A stretch of 64,000 nt of DNA from Candidatus Moraniibacteriota bacterium (GCA_013336225.1 JAAXUC010000001.1:35949-99948), one strand, 5' to 3'; shown: positions 9,558 through 19,584, counted from the stretch's first letter. Numbers and translations are program-made. The notes: generated by a model not told the origin, from the sequence alone.

Positions 9558-10607
9558 GTGAAAACTAAACACAAAGGTTCCATTTTGGCATATTCTTTGA
9601 TCATTCTTTCCATGATGCTGGCAATTGCAGCGTCTCTTTCGGTGACCACTATTATTGACAAGAAAAGTGCGAGTGCAACGCAAGCTTCCGTGCAAGCTCT
9701 GCAAACTGGAGATAGTGGGATCCAGTTGGCGCTTAAAAAAATCAATGCAAATCTGACATTGGCAATTAATGACGCTGCAAATTTTGGCACTATCGGTTGC
9801 ACTGATAGCGGCACTGCCACAATAACCAGTCAGGCTTTGCAAGGAGGAAGCGAATATGTGTTAAGTTTTTATGATGTGAGTGGCGATCCAGTGTTGTGTA
9901 ATGCCTTGGCAAATAAGATTGGGATTGTTAAATCGGTTGGAACATACAAAGGTACAGCCAGAGTTGTGAGTGTAGGGATAGGTACATCATGTCCTGCAAC
10001 AATTAGTGATAATGATTCTCCAGCAAATGTTTATGCAACAGTTAGAATTGGGACGCAATGCTGGATGGCTGAGAATTTAAGAACGACCAAGAAGCCAGAT
10101 GGAGTAACAGCTTTAATAGAGGGCAATGGAATGTATTCATCAAATCCTGCAGGCACGGGTTCTCCCTGGGGTAGGTTGTATGACTGGACGACAGCGATGA
10201 ATAGTCCTACTGCAGCAGCTGCAACTGGCGAAAAAATACAAGGTCTTTGTCCGACTGGCTGGCACATTCCCTCCAATTTCAATTCATCTTCCTTGGATAA
10301 TTGGCAAATGTTGTCAGACTTTTTGGGTGGAAATAATGTCGCTGGTGGAAAAATGAAAAGCACTGACTTAAGCCATTGGAACATTCTCAATGCTGACAAT
10401 TCCAGTGGATTTGCTGGGGTGGGTGCCGGCTACTGGGAAGCAGGCACATATAAAAATGGTGGTGATTTGGCATATTTTGTTTCTTCAGATGAGCAAAATG
10501 GCAGTGATGTAAAGGCTAAGGTTTTGTCAGCTGCAGACGCCAAATTTGACACTTCTAATAGTATAGCTAAGACCGTTGGAATGTCTGTGCGCTGCATCAA
10601 GGATTAG
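9558..10607 (+). CDS. PilX-like N-terminus plus FISUMP (Fibrobacter major paralogous) domain protein
   Basis: KG|SILAYSL prepilin-like leader; YATVRIGTQCWMAENL, GRLYDW, GLCPTGWHIP, GMSVRCIKD. Confidence 0.85.
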   Translation: MKTKHKGSILAYSLIILSMMLAIAASLSVTTIIDKKSASATQASVQALQTGDSGIQLALKKINANLTLAINDAANFGTIGCTDSGTATITSQALQGGSEYVLSFYDVSGDPVLCNALANKIGIVKSVGTYKGTARVVSVGIGTSCPATISDNDSPANVYATVRIGTQCWMAENLRTTKKPDGVTALIEGNGMYSSNPAGTGSPWGRLYDWTTAMNSPTAAAATGEKIQGLCPTGWHIPSNFNSSSLDNWQMLSDFLGGNNVAGGKMKSTDLSHWNILNADNSSGFAGVGAGYWEAGTYKNGGDLAYFVSSDEQNGSDVKAKVLSAADAKFDTSNSIAKTVGMSVRCIKD

Positions 10608-10698
10608 TTTGTAAAGCAAAAAAGTTTAGACATAATTCAAAGAGTCTTTTTCAATAAGACTCTTTTTGTTTTCCTGGTTTTCCTGATATACTTTGGGT

Positions 10699-11763
10699 AT
10701 GGAAAAAAATAAGCAAAATATGGATTTCTTGCAGTCAGAGGCTTGGCGAAAATTTCAAGAAGCTGCTGGACGAAAAACCTCACATTTGGAAGGTGATGGT
10801 TTTTCAGTGAGCATCATTGAACATCAATTGCCGATTGTGGGGAAATATTTGTATGTACCAAAGGGACCAGTAGCCTCGCTTGAAGGCGAGGAATTTCCAA
10901 TTTCCAATAACCAATTTCCAATAAAATCTCAATTTCCAATTTCCAATGACCAAATAAAATGCGGAATGCGGAAATTGATTGATTTGGCTAAAAAGGAAAA
11001 TGCTGGTTGGATTCGGATTGAACCTGCTGACAAAAAAACATTGGAATCGATCAAGGAAAATATTTCAGAAAAAGTCATCAAAGCGCCACATGACATGCAG
11101 CCGCGGGAACTTTTTGTGTTGGACATCGCAAGGTCACCGGAGCAATTGCTGACTGAAATGAAAACCAAGACGCGCTACAACATTGGCATTGCGATGAAAA
11201 AAGGTGTTACGATCGATCATTCACAAACGGAAGCTGGTAAAAAGAATAAAGAATTGTATCTGCATGCATTTTTGCGACTGACCAAAGAGATGGCGGAGCG
11301 GCATGGAATTGCTGCGCACAGCGAGGAGTATTATCAAAAAATGGTTGAAAGTTTGCCCGACGAAATGCTGCGAATCTATGTGGCAAAATTTGAGGACAAA
11401 ATCATTGCAGCTAATCTGGTTCTATTTTATGGCGATACTGCGGTGTATCTGCATGGAGCTTCTGGCAGTCTGCACCGAAACTTGATGGCGCCATTTTCTT
11501 TGCAATGGCAAGCCATTTTGGACGCCAAAGAACTGGGCTACGCAAAATATGATTTTGGGGGCGTGCGTATACAAGATACAAAATACAAGATACAAAATAC
11601 AAACAAGTGGGAAGGGATTACCACCTTTAAAACGGGATTTTCGCCGAGAACAAAGCCGGTTGTGTTTCCTGGAAGTTATGATATTATCATAAATCCTCGC
11701 AAATATTGGGCATATCGTGGATTGCAGGCAGCGAAGTCGTTTGCGGTTAAATTTAGAAAATAA
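10699..11763 (+). CDS. FemABX family peptidoglycan bridge aminoacyltransferase
   Basis: FLQSEAW, YVPKGP, KTRYNI, YLHGAS, LQWQAI..AK..G..YDFGG, GITTFKTGF; two repeat-derived insertions. Confidence 0.9.
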   Translation: MEKNKQNMDFLQSEAWRKFQEAAGRKTSHLEGDGFSVSIIEHQLPIVGKYLYVPKGPVASLEGEEFPISNNQFPIKSQFPISNDQIKCGMRKLIDLAKKENAGWIRIEPADKKTLESIKENISEKVIKAPHDMQPRELFVLDIARSPEQLLTEMKTKTRYNIGIAMKKGVTIDHSQTEAGKKNKELYLHAFLRLTKEMAERHGIAAHSEEYYQKMVESLPDEMLRIYVAKFEDKIIAANLVLFYGDTAVYLHGASGSLHRNLMAPFSLQWQAILDAKELGYAKYDFGGVRIQDTKYKIQNTNKWEGITTFKTGFSPRTKPVVFPGSYDIIINPRKYWAYRGLQAAKSFAVKFRK

Positions 11764-11773
11764 TGTAATAAAA

Positions 11774-11882
11774 AATTTCGAATTTCCAATTTTGAATTTT
11801 GAATCAAATCTGAATGAATTAATGTTTAAAAATTTGAAACATTAGAAATTCATTCAAAATTCAAAATTCAAAATTTAAAATT
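11774..11882. repeat. 7-bp-periodic inverted-repeat element
   Basis: AATTTCG AATTTCC AATTTTG AATTTTG AATCAAAT...CAAAATT x3. Confidence 0.8.
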
Positions 11883-11883
11883 A

Positions 11884-13230
11884 ATGCATAGAATCAAAAA
11901 AATTGTGCCCCAATCCATCAAGAACCTTTACCATTTGGCACAAGCTCTTACTGCTAATGTGATTTATGGTTTTCCATCTCGAAAAATAAAAGTGATTGGC
12001 ATCACTGGCACTGATGGCAAGACGACCACGGCGCAAATGATTGCGGGAATTTTGCAGGAAGCTGGAAAAAAAGTTGCCTTGGCTTCGACCATTAATTTTG
12101 TGATCAATGGAGTGGAAGAAAAGAATCTTTCACATTATACGACGGAATCAGCTTTCAAATTGCAAAAATTCATCAGACAAGCAGTTGGGGCAGGCTGCGA
12201 ATATTTGGTACTAGAAACTTCTTCGCACGCATTGGACCAACATCGCGTTTGGGGAGTGGAATATAAAGCTGCAGTTGTCACCAATGTGACCAGGGAACAT
12301 TTGGATTATCATGAAACCATGGAAAAATATCGAGCAGCTAAAAAAAGGCTTTTTGAAGTGGTAGAGAAAAATAAGGGAACAGTCATTGTTAACCTTGATA
12401 TGGAAAAACCGAAAGAGTTTTTGAATTTCAAAGTTAATAAAAAGTTTGCCTATACGACAAATAGTGAAAACCTGGATTCCCTGCCCACCGGCAGGCAGGC
12501 TGATTTTCGCGGGAATGACAAGGAAAGGGTCGGAATGATAAAAAGCGATGTGGAAATGATTCAGGCTGAGAATATCAGGCTTGGAATTGCTGGTTCTTCA
12601 TACGAAATACGAAATACGAAATACGAAATACATTTGCCAGGTGGATATAACATTGAGAATGCCCTTGCAGCATCGTGTGTGGCTCTTGGTGAGGGTGTTG
12701 GCATGGAAACGATTAAAGAGGCGCTGGCAAAAATCCGAGGCGTGGCGGGGCGAATGGAGGCCATAGAGAACGATCTGGGATTGCACATTTTCATTGATTT
12801 CGCACTGACCCCAAATGCCTTGGAAAAGCTTTATGCGGGGCTTTCTAGAGCCAAAAAATCGGGAGCAAGAATCATCGCAGTTTTCGGATCATGTGGCGAT
12901 CGCGATAAAGGCAAGCGTCCAATTATGGGCGAAGTTGTTTCGCGCTACACTGACATAATTGTTCTCACTAATGATGAACCATATCATGAAGATCCCCAAC
13001 AAATAATCGAAGAAATTGCAGTTGGAATTAAAAACAAAACCGAAAATCAGAATCTTTTCAGAATTGCTGATCGACGCTTGGCAATCGCCAAAGCTCTCGA
13101 GCTTGCCAAAGCTGATGACATAATCTGTATTACTGGCATGGGCAATTTTGAAACCATGGTGGTGGGGGATGAAAAAATTCCCTGGAATGATCGAAAAGTT
13201 GTCGAAGAAGAGTTGGCAAAAATTGCCTAA
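11884..13230 (+). CDS. murE: UDP-MurNAc-tripeptide ligase MurE
   Basis: ITGTDGKTT, ETSSHAL, TNVTREHLDYH, GRME, GDRDKGKRPIMG. Confidence 0.93.
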   Translation: MHRIKKIVPQSIKNLYHLAQALTANVIYGFPSRKIKVIGITGTDGKTTTAQMIAGILQEAGKKVALASTINFVINGVEEKNLSHYTTESAFKLQKFIRQAVGAGCEYLVLETSSHALDQHRVWGVEYKAAVVTNVTREHLDYHETMEKYRAAKKRLFEVVEKNKGTVIVNLDMEKPKEFLNFKVNKKFAYTTNSENLDSLPTGRQADFRGNDKERVGMIKSDVEMIQAENIRLGIAGSSYEIRNTKYEIHLPGGYNIENALAASCVALGEGVGMETIKEALAKIRGVAGRMEAIENDLGLHIFIDFALTPNALEKLYAGLSRAKKSGARIIAVFGSCGDRDKGKRPIMGEVVSRYTDIIVLTNDEPYHEDPQQIIEEIAVGIKNKTENQNLFRIADRRLAIAKALELAKADDIICITGMGNFETMVVGDEKIPWNDRKVVEEELAKIA

Positions 13231-13231
13231 C

Positions 13232-13264
13232 AAAAAATCCCCACCAATTGAGTGGGGATTTTTT
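13232..13264. terminator. Bidirectional intrinsic terminator
   Basis: AAAAAATCCCCA-loop-TGGGGATTTTT between convergent genes. Confidence 0.75.
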
Positions 13265-13276
13265 ATGAAGAACTTT

Positions 13277-13717
13277 TTATCTTAAAAGACTGATGAATAT
13301 TGTAGTGAAAGTTAGACCCAAAATTGCCCCCACAATCACTTCGCTCACTTTGTGGCCCATGCGTTCTTTGAGGCGTGGATATTGATCTTCATTAATGTTG
13401 AGCTGTCCGATCAGCATGTTTAGATATTTTCCTTGATCTCCCAAGGTCATGCGCAGACGAGTGGCGTCATCAATGATGAGGAAAGCCAGTGCCACTGCAA
13501 TTGCAAAGGTGCCGGTGTGAATGCCTTCATAAAAACCGATAGATGTCACCAGCGAAAAAGCAAAAGCGGTGTGGGCGCTTGGCATGTGACCATGGGTGAA
13601 CGCATAGCGGATGTTCCAGCCATGTTTCAAGCTATACAGCACAAACTTGATGGTTTGCACGATGACTCCAACCACAATTGGAATTAAAAACACTGCATAA
13701 GGCGTAATAAACTTCAT
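13277..13717 (-). CDS. Divergent PAP2 family membrane protein (DUF212)
   Basis: GHMPSAHTA, DATRLR..G.QG..LN, LKERMGH..EVIVG. Confidence 0.88.
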   Translation of the reverse strand: MKFITPYAVFLIPIVVGVIVQTIKFVLYSLKHGWNIRYAFTHGHMPSAHTAFAFSLVTSIGFYEGIHTGTFAIAVALAFLIIDDATRLRMTLGDQGKYLNMLIGQLNINEDQYPRLKERMGHKVSEVIVGAILGLTFTTIFISLLR

Positions 13718-13912
13718 AGGAATTTTATAGAAGAAATTAACTTCCTATATTATAGCATATATTTTATTTAGCGGGAAAAGTGCGTTTCTATAAATGACTG
13801 AGATAGTGTATAATTATATTTGTAATGTTTGGTATGAATAAGCTTTAGTTTTAAATTTAAAGAATCGCAATTGAGGTAAATTTTTACAGCAATCAAGCGG
13901 TTACATTTTTTT

Positions 13913-14464
13913 ATGAGTATTGGATTAATCGTTCTCGCAGTTGCAGTGCTCGCGGTTGTTTTCGGAGTTGGCATTTATAACAGCTTGGTGACGCTGAAAA
14001 ATAGAGTTGACGAAGCTTGGAGCGACATTGATGTGCAATTGAAGCGTCGCTATGATTTGATCCCAAATCTGATCAACACCGTTAAAGGTTATGCGACTCA
14101 TGAAAAAGAACTTTTTGAAAAAGTGACCGCAGCGAGAACTTCTGCCATGAACGCTGGATCTCCAAAAGAAAAACAAGAGGCTGAAAACATGCTTTCCGGA
14201 ACACTTAAAACTTTGTTTGCCGTTTCTGAAAATTATCCTGACCTGAAAGCCAATCAAAACTTTTTGGAATTGCAAAGAGAATTGACTGACACTGAAGACA
14301 AAATTCAAGCTTCTCGCCGATTTTACAATGGTAATGTGAGAGATTTCAACATCAAAATCGAAACTTTTCCAAGCAATATCATCGCTGGCATGCTAAATTT
14401 TGCCAAAAGAGAATTTTTTGCAGCTGAGGAAGCGGAAAAGGAAAATGTTAATGTTCAATTCTAA
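13913..14464 (+). CDS. lemA: LemA family protein
   Basis: YNSLV, AWSDIDVQLKRRYDLIPNL, ENYPDLKAN. Confidence 0.95.
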   Translation: MSIGLIVLAVAVLAVVFGVGIYNSLVTLKNRVDEAWSDIDVQLKRRYDLIPNLINTVKGYATHEKELFEKVTAARTSAMNAGSPKEKQEAENMLSGTLKTLFAVSENYPDLKANQNFLELQRELTDTEDKIQASRRFYNGNVRDFNIKIETFPSNIIAGMLNFAKREFFAAEEAEKENVNVQF

Positions 14465-14474
14465 TTGAAGTTCA

Positions 14475-15146
14475 ATGCTGAAAGTTTTTGAAACATGTTA
14501 TCACAAAGATGGACTGGGAGAATCCAGTCAGCTTTCAATACTGGCCATGGCTAGTCTGGTTTTTGTGTTGGTTGTTGGGATAAGTTACGCCATGTATTTA
14601 TTGGTTGATGCGATGGGCATTTCAAATGCCTCAGGCATTCATGTCACCAAAAATATGATGCTTGCCGTGGAGGGCGCCAAAGGAAACCTATATTCCAATA
14701 CTGAAAAAAACATCAAGGATTGGATTGTCTATAAAAACGAATTCGATGGTTATGAGATAAAATACCCAAATGATTTGGAAAGCAATAAAAATGCCAGTGG
14801 TGCTTTTGAATTAAAAAAAACAATTCCAGGCGGCGACCCTAAACAGTCATCATTGCTCTATACGTTCATGTTTAGCAGGATAGATGAGGATGTCAGTGTG
14901 AATGTTGAAACTTTCATGCAAAAAAGATATCCGGAATGGACTGGAACTGCAAAACGAGATGTTTTTGGTGGTAAAGAAGGTTTGCGCACTGGCGTATTTA
15001 AATCTGTCAGTGGCATTTACAAGGATGTTGTTTGCTGGAAAAATGAAAGCAAGGTTCTTTGCCTGGAGAGCAAATATTATCTGGAAAACAATGCTGATTA
15101 TGTGAGCATCTTCGATAAAGTTATTGCAGAGGTTGATATTAGATAA
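14475..15146 (+). CDS. Membrane-anchored hypothetical protein, PsbP-like C-terminal domain
   Basis: One TM helix; WIVYKNEFDGYEIKYP motif. Confidence 0.6.
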   Translation: MLKVFETCYHKDGLGESSQLSILAMASLVFVLVVGISYAMYLLVDAMGISNASGIHVTKNMMLAVEGAKGNLYSNTEKNIKDWIVYKNEFDGYEIKYPNDLESNKNASGAFELKKTIPGGDPKQSSLLYTFMFSRIDEDVSVNVETFMQKRYPEWTGTAKRDVFGGKEGLRTGVFKSVSGIYKDVVCWKNESKVLCLESKYYLENNADYVSIFDKVIAEVDIR

Positions 15147-15154
15147 AATTTTTT

Positions 15155-16048
15155 ATGGCGACATTATATACAGAGGCTGACAAAAATACACGTTTAACCT
15201 GGGTTTATATCACGGGCTTTTTAATATTTGTGATTGGAGTGGGCTATGTTTTTGCGGGAGCGATGGGAAATTCTGCCATTTTGTATGGTGCGGTGATCTT
15301 TTCAATCTTGATGAGTTTCGGCTCATATTGGTGGAGCGACAAAATTGTTTTAGCCATGAGCAGCGCAAAAGAGGTGACACATGAGGGAAATATGGAGTTA
15401 TACCACCTTGTGGAAAACCTGTGTATAACTGCTGGACTCCCAACTCCCAAGATTTATATTATTGAAGATTCTGCTCCCAATGCTTTTGCCACTGGTCGCG
15501 ATCCTGAGCATGGCGTGATTTGTGTGACCACTGGACTGTTGGATAAATTGGAGAAAATTGAGTTGGAAGGTGTGATTGCACATGAACTTTCGCACATTGG
15601 CAATCGCGACATTTTGCTTTCCACGGTGGTGGTGGTTTTGGTGGGCTTTGTGGCTTTGATGGCAGATTGGTTTCGTCACTGGGCATTTTTTGGTGGCAAA
15701 AGTGATGATCGCGACAAGGGGCAATTCGGCCTGATTTTAATGGTGGTGGCAATTGTGCTTTCAATTTTAGCTCCAATTGCCGCGATGCTTATGCAATTGG
15801 CAATTTCACGTAAACGAGAATTTTTGGCTGATGCTAGCGCAGCACTGCTCACTCGCTATCCTGAAGGGCTGGCCAGGGCTTTGGAAAAGATTTCAGGCGA
15901 CCAAGAGCCACTCGAAGCTGCAAACCGCGCCACAGCTCATCTGTATATCTCAAATCCTTTCAAAGGTAAAAACATTTCCAAACTTTTTTCCACGCATCCA
16001 CCCATGGAAGAGCGCATTGCAGCATTGCGAGGTGTAGAGGTGAAATAA
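15155..16048 (+). CDS. htpX: M48 metalloprotease HtpX
   Basis: PNAFATG, AHELSH, SRKREFLAD, FSTHPP. Confidence 0.95.
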   Translation: MATLYTEADKNTRLTWVYITGFLIFVIGVGYVFAGAMGNSAILYGAVIFSILMSFGSYWWSDKIVLAMSSAKEVTHEGNMELYHLVENLCITAGLPTPKIYIIEDSAPNAFATGRDPEHGVICVTTGLLDKLEKIELEGVIAHELSHIGNRDILLSTVVVVLVGFVALMADWFRHWAFFGGKSDDRDKGQFGLILMVVAIVLSILAPIAAMLMQLAISRKREFLADASAALLTRYPEGLARALEKISGDQEPLEAANRATAHLYISNPFKGKNISKLFSTHPPMEERIAALRGVEVK

Positions 16049-16057
16049 AAAGTATGA

Positions 16058-16107
16058 CCTCACCTGTCATGAGTACATGACATCCTCTCCTAAAAAAGGA
16101 GAGGAAA
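16058..16107. repeat. Double-hairpin palindromic repeat (copy 1)
   Basis: CCTCACCTGTCATGAGTACATGACATCCTCTCC-N6-GGAGAGG; near-identical to 49445-49495. Confidence 0.8.
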
Positions 16108-16126
16108 CTATTGAAGAAAACTTTGT

Positions 16127-16624
16127 ATGCAATGGAAAAAACCTAAGGATACGGATAAATATCGCTGGACGACGCATGTCACGGAGAAGATGCATTTTTA
16201 TGGACTCTCGGAACAAAAAGTTTTGGGCGTGATTCGAAAACCGCAGCGCATCGAGAGCAGCATCGTGGAAAATACAGTGGCGGTGATGTTGCCAGTGGGA
16301 AACATCACTATAGGAAGTGCCAAGCCAAAATGGGGCAGGCCTGTTTTTGGAAATAAAAAGCAAGAAGAAAGTTCTGAAGAAAAAAAGAAACAAGAAAGTT
16401 GGAATCAAGAAATCTGGGTGCTGTATCAAACAAAGTCGCAAGAAAAAAAATTCAAAGACAAAACTCTGGGCGAAAAAAAGGATGAAAATATTGCTAAGTT
16501 GCAAAGAAAAATCAATCCCAGTAAGCAAATCACAATTATCTCAGCTTGGCGCTATCCGGGGGTGAGTCCTAAGAATAATCCTATTCCGGAGGAAATTATG
16601 CGAGAAATTGAATGGATAACATAA
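16127..16624 (+). CDS. Hypothetical protein, DUF4258/BrnT-like pattern
   Basis: WTTHVTEKM..YGLSE..V..VIRKP and IISAWRYPG. Confidence 0.55.
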   Translation: MQWKKPKDTDKYRWTTHVTEKMHFYGLSEQKVLGVIRKPQRIESSIVENTVAVMLPVGNITIGSAKPKWGRPVFGNKKQEESSEEKKKQESWNQEIWVLYQTKSQEKKFKDKTLGEKKDENIAKLQRKINPSKQITIISAWRYPGVSPKNNPIPEEIMREIEWIT

Positions 16625-16670
16625 AATGAATATGAAAAAAGGGATGACCGTTGTCATCCCTTTGTTTTTG

Positions 16671-17363
16671 CTATACGTATTTTATAACAATGAAACCCCC
16701 CTTCATCTTTTTGTCGAGCTCGAGCAATTCCGCATTCTTGGTTCGGATGCAACCCCCACTGCATCTGGTGCCAAGCTTTGGTTCGTCTTTTTTGAGCGTG
16801 CCATGAATGCGATAGATGTCGCGTTCAAGTTCCGCTGAAGCTTGTTTTTCAAGGAATTTAATCCGCATTTTCAGGGGTCCCATGTAGTTCAGGGGATTGC
16901 CGGCTGGAATGATGACTTTGCCTTGGGCATTGCGAAACTTTTCCAGATCAGTGCCGCGCTTTTTGAATTGTTCAATGGTTCCATCAGTAGGTGCCCAAAT
17001 TGGATCTTTTTCAACAGAAGTGATGATGCCAAAACCTTTGGGATATTTTGCCGACTTGGGTGTGCCAACTCGATGAGTGCTGATTTCCTCAAGTGAAAAT
17101 GTTTCCTCATCAGTGTCTTCCACCAAGCGGTAAACTCTCATGTTGGATTGAACAACGTCTATTTCCATGAAAAAAAGTGTCTTTTCTTCCTGCTTTGATT
17201 CCTCACGAATGGCAATTAAGTGCTCAATGACTGCTAAATCTTCAGCTTGCTGTTTGATGAGCGCATTCTCGGAAAGTGCTGCTACTGTTTCAGTGGGGGT
17301 GCTAATTGCCATAAACAAAGAAAACATCATAGTTGTTGCCAGATAGCGAAGAATTGTTTTCAT
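16671..17363 (-). CDS. L,D-transpeptidase (YkuD family)
   Basis: Signal peptide; DPIWAP, NPLNYMG, IHGT...SGGCIR. Confidence 0.85.
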   Translation of the reverse strand: MKTILRYLATTMMFSLFMAISTPTETVAALSENALIKQQAEDLAVIEHLIAIREESKQEEKTLFFMEIDVVQSNMRVYRLVEDTDEETFSLEEISTHRVGTPKSAKYPKGFGIITSVEKDPIWAPTDGTIEQFKKRGTDLEKFRNAQGKVIIPAGNPLNYMGPLKMRIKFLEKQASAELERDIYRIHGTLKKDEPKLGTRCSGGCIRTKNAELLELDKKMKGGFIVIKYV

Positions 17364-17554
17364 TTGTTGCCTCCTTGGTCTTGGGTTGATATTAGGTACA
17401 ACGACTTCATATCATACATCAATATTGATAGAATGTAAATAGTTGAAATCAAAAGATATTTTGGTTAAAAGTGTAGTATTAGTTAAGAAGTAATCAACTT
17501 TAAAATATAGAATTTCTCATGAGCAATGCTTATCTGAATTTCTATTTACTTAGT

Positions 17555-18046
17555 ATGGAAGAAAACAAGACACAAAATGATGTCAAAGGCTTGGTTGCTC
17601 AACTCGAAGCAACATTGGATGAATATATGGTCAAAAAGGCTCCATTTGCAATTCCGCAAGGAGGCAAAGAGTTTATTGCAAGCGTATCTCCATTTTTGAT
17701 CATCATCTTCGCTGTGATGACGCTCCCGGTCATTTTTCTGGCCTTGGGTCTCTCAGCTGTCATGGCTCCTTTTGCCATGATGGGTGGTGCATATGGCACT
17801 GGATATGCTTGGGGAATTGGCTCAATGATTTCGCTGGCTGTGGCTGTGACGGTGCTGGTGCTGGAAGTTATGGCTGTGTCGGGATTGTTTAAGCGCACTA
17901 GAGGTGCTTGGAGACTGCTTTTCTATGCAAGTATTGTCAGTTTGATTGGTAGCATTCTCTCTATTCACGGCATCGTGGGGGGCATTGTTGGTGCGATTAT
18001 TGGTTGGTATATTTTATTTCAAATGAAGGATATGTATAAAAATTAA
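17555..18046 (+). CDS. Hypothetical integral membrane protein
   Basis: About 4 TM helices, followed by a terminator hairpin. Confidence 0.7.
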   Translation: MEENKTQNDVKGLVAQLEATLDEYMVKKAPFAIPQGGKEFIASVSPFLIIIFAVMTLPVIFLALGLSAVMAPFAMMGGAYGTGYAWGIGSMISLAVAVTVLVLEVMAVSGLFKRTRGAWRLLFYASIVSLIGSILSIHGIVGGIVGAIIGWYILFQMKDMYKN

Positions 18047-18156
18047 GTTCCATCTTTGTATCTAGATTTGCAAGCAAGCAGTCCTTCATGGGTTGCTTGT
18101 TTTGTTTTAATGTGGCAATATTAATAGGAAATTAATAAGCATTTAAGGTATTTTGT

Positions 18157-19584
18157 ATGAATAAAAAAACAAAAATAGTAGCAACTTTGGGCTTGGTTTC
18201 AGACAGTAAAGAAGTTTTGAAACAAATGATTGAAAATGGCATGAATGTGGCGCGCCTGAATTTTTCTCACGGCTCCCATGAATGGCATGGCAACATCATC
18301 AAAACTGTCAGGGAGTTGTCCAGTGAAATGGGAATTTCTGTGGGAATATTGGGCGATCTGCAAGGACCGCGCATCAGAACCTTGGTGGATGAGCCAGTGG
18401 AAATGAAAAATGGCGAAACAATTTTGTTTAGTGATGTGACTTACAAAGAAAATGTAATTTCTTCAGAATTAAAGTCCATCATTCTGGATGTTCCAAGTAT
18501 TGTCGATGACATTGAGATTGGCAATGAGATTTTAATCGAAGATGGTTTGATGAAAGTCGTGGTGAAAGAAAAAGAAAATGGAGTTTTGACCACTGAGGTT
18601 ATGGATGGGGGAATTGTCAAAAATCATAAAGGGGTGAATATTCCTGATGCAAAATTGAAAATCAGCCCAATCACTGAAAAAGATGAAAAAGATTTGAAAT
18701 TTCTTTTAGGCATGGATGTTGATTTCATCGCAATGTCTTTTGTGAGCAGTGGAAAAAATATTGAAGATTTGCGCGACATGATGAAAAAAATTCTTGGGCG
18801 CGAGGACAATCTTCCTCAGATTATTGCCAAGATAGAACGCAAGGAAGCTATCAAAAATTTGGATGACATTCTGCAGCACACTGACGCCGTGATGGTGGCG
18901 CGCGGAGACTTGGGAATCGAAATTGAAGGCACAAAAGTTGCGGTGCTGCAAAAAGAAATTGTGAAAAAAAGTTTGCAAGCCATGAAGCCGGTGATCGTGG
19001 CCACGCAAATGCTTGAATCCATGATTGTGAATCCACGCCCAACTCGCGCGGAAGTTTCTGATGTGACTAATGCAGTGGTTGATCATGCTGATGCCGTGAT
19101 GCTTTCCGGTGAAAGCGCTTCTGGAAAATATCCAGTGGAAAGTGTGCGCACCATGAAAGAGATCATTGAGAACACTGAGGCCTCACCATTTGATGATGTG
19201 AAGCATATACTTACGCTTAATGGAGAAGAAGATTTCAAAATGGTCATCAAGAGTGCTTATGAACTGGCTAAAAACAGCAATGCAAAAGCAGTGGTGCTTG
19301 GATCAGCCAGTGGTTTCACAGCGCGTTTGTTTTCTCATTTTCGTCCAGAGCAACCAATGTTGGTGGTGACGCATAATAAAAAAACATATCAGCAACTTGC
19401 CTTGGTTTGGGGCATTGAAGCTAAGTTATATGAAAGAGGTGAAGTTTTCCGTGAAGATATTGATTGGCTTATTGAAGATGCCAAGAAACAAAACATCATT
19501 GCAAAAGGTGATAAGGTTATTCTGATTTTGGGCAGAACTCCAGACGGAGAGCATATCAGGTTGATTGGAATCAAAGAAGTGTAA
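18157..19584 (+). CDS. pyk: Pyruvate kinase
   Basis: KTKIVATLG, ARLNFSHG, DLQGPRIR, MVARGDLG, ATQMLESM, MLSGESA. Confidence 0.98.
   Translation: MNKKTKIVATLGLVSDSKEVLKQMIENGMNVARLNFSHGSHEWHGNIIKTVRELSSEMGISVGILGDLQGPRIRTLVDEPVEMKNGETILFSDVTYKENVISSELKSIILDVPSIVDDIEIGNEILIEDGLMKVVVKEKENGVLTTEVMDGGIVKNHKGVNIPDAKLKISPITEKDEKDLKFLLGMDVDFIAMSFVSSGKNIEDLRDMMKKILGREDNLPQIIAKIERKEAIKNLDDILQHTDAVMVARGDLGIEIEGTKVAVLQKEIVKKSLQAMKPVIVATQMLESMIVNPRPTRAEVSDVTNAVVDHADAVMLSGESASGKYPVESVRTMKEIIENTEASPFDDVKHILTLNGEEDFKMVIKSAYELAKNSNAKAVVLGSASGFTARLFSHFRPEQPMLVVTHNKKTYQQLALVWGIEAKLYERGEVFREDIDWLIEDAKKQNIIAKGDKVILILGRTPDGEHIRLIGIKEV

Noticed and set aside
9558..10607. Complete DGR
   Set aside because: No RT, Avd or template repeat is visible in the window.
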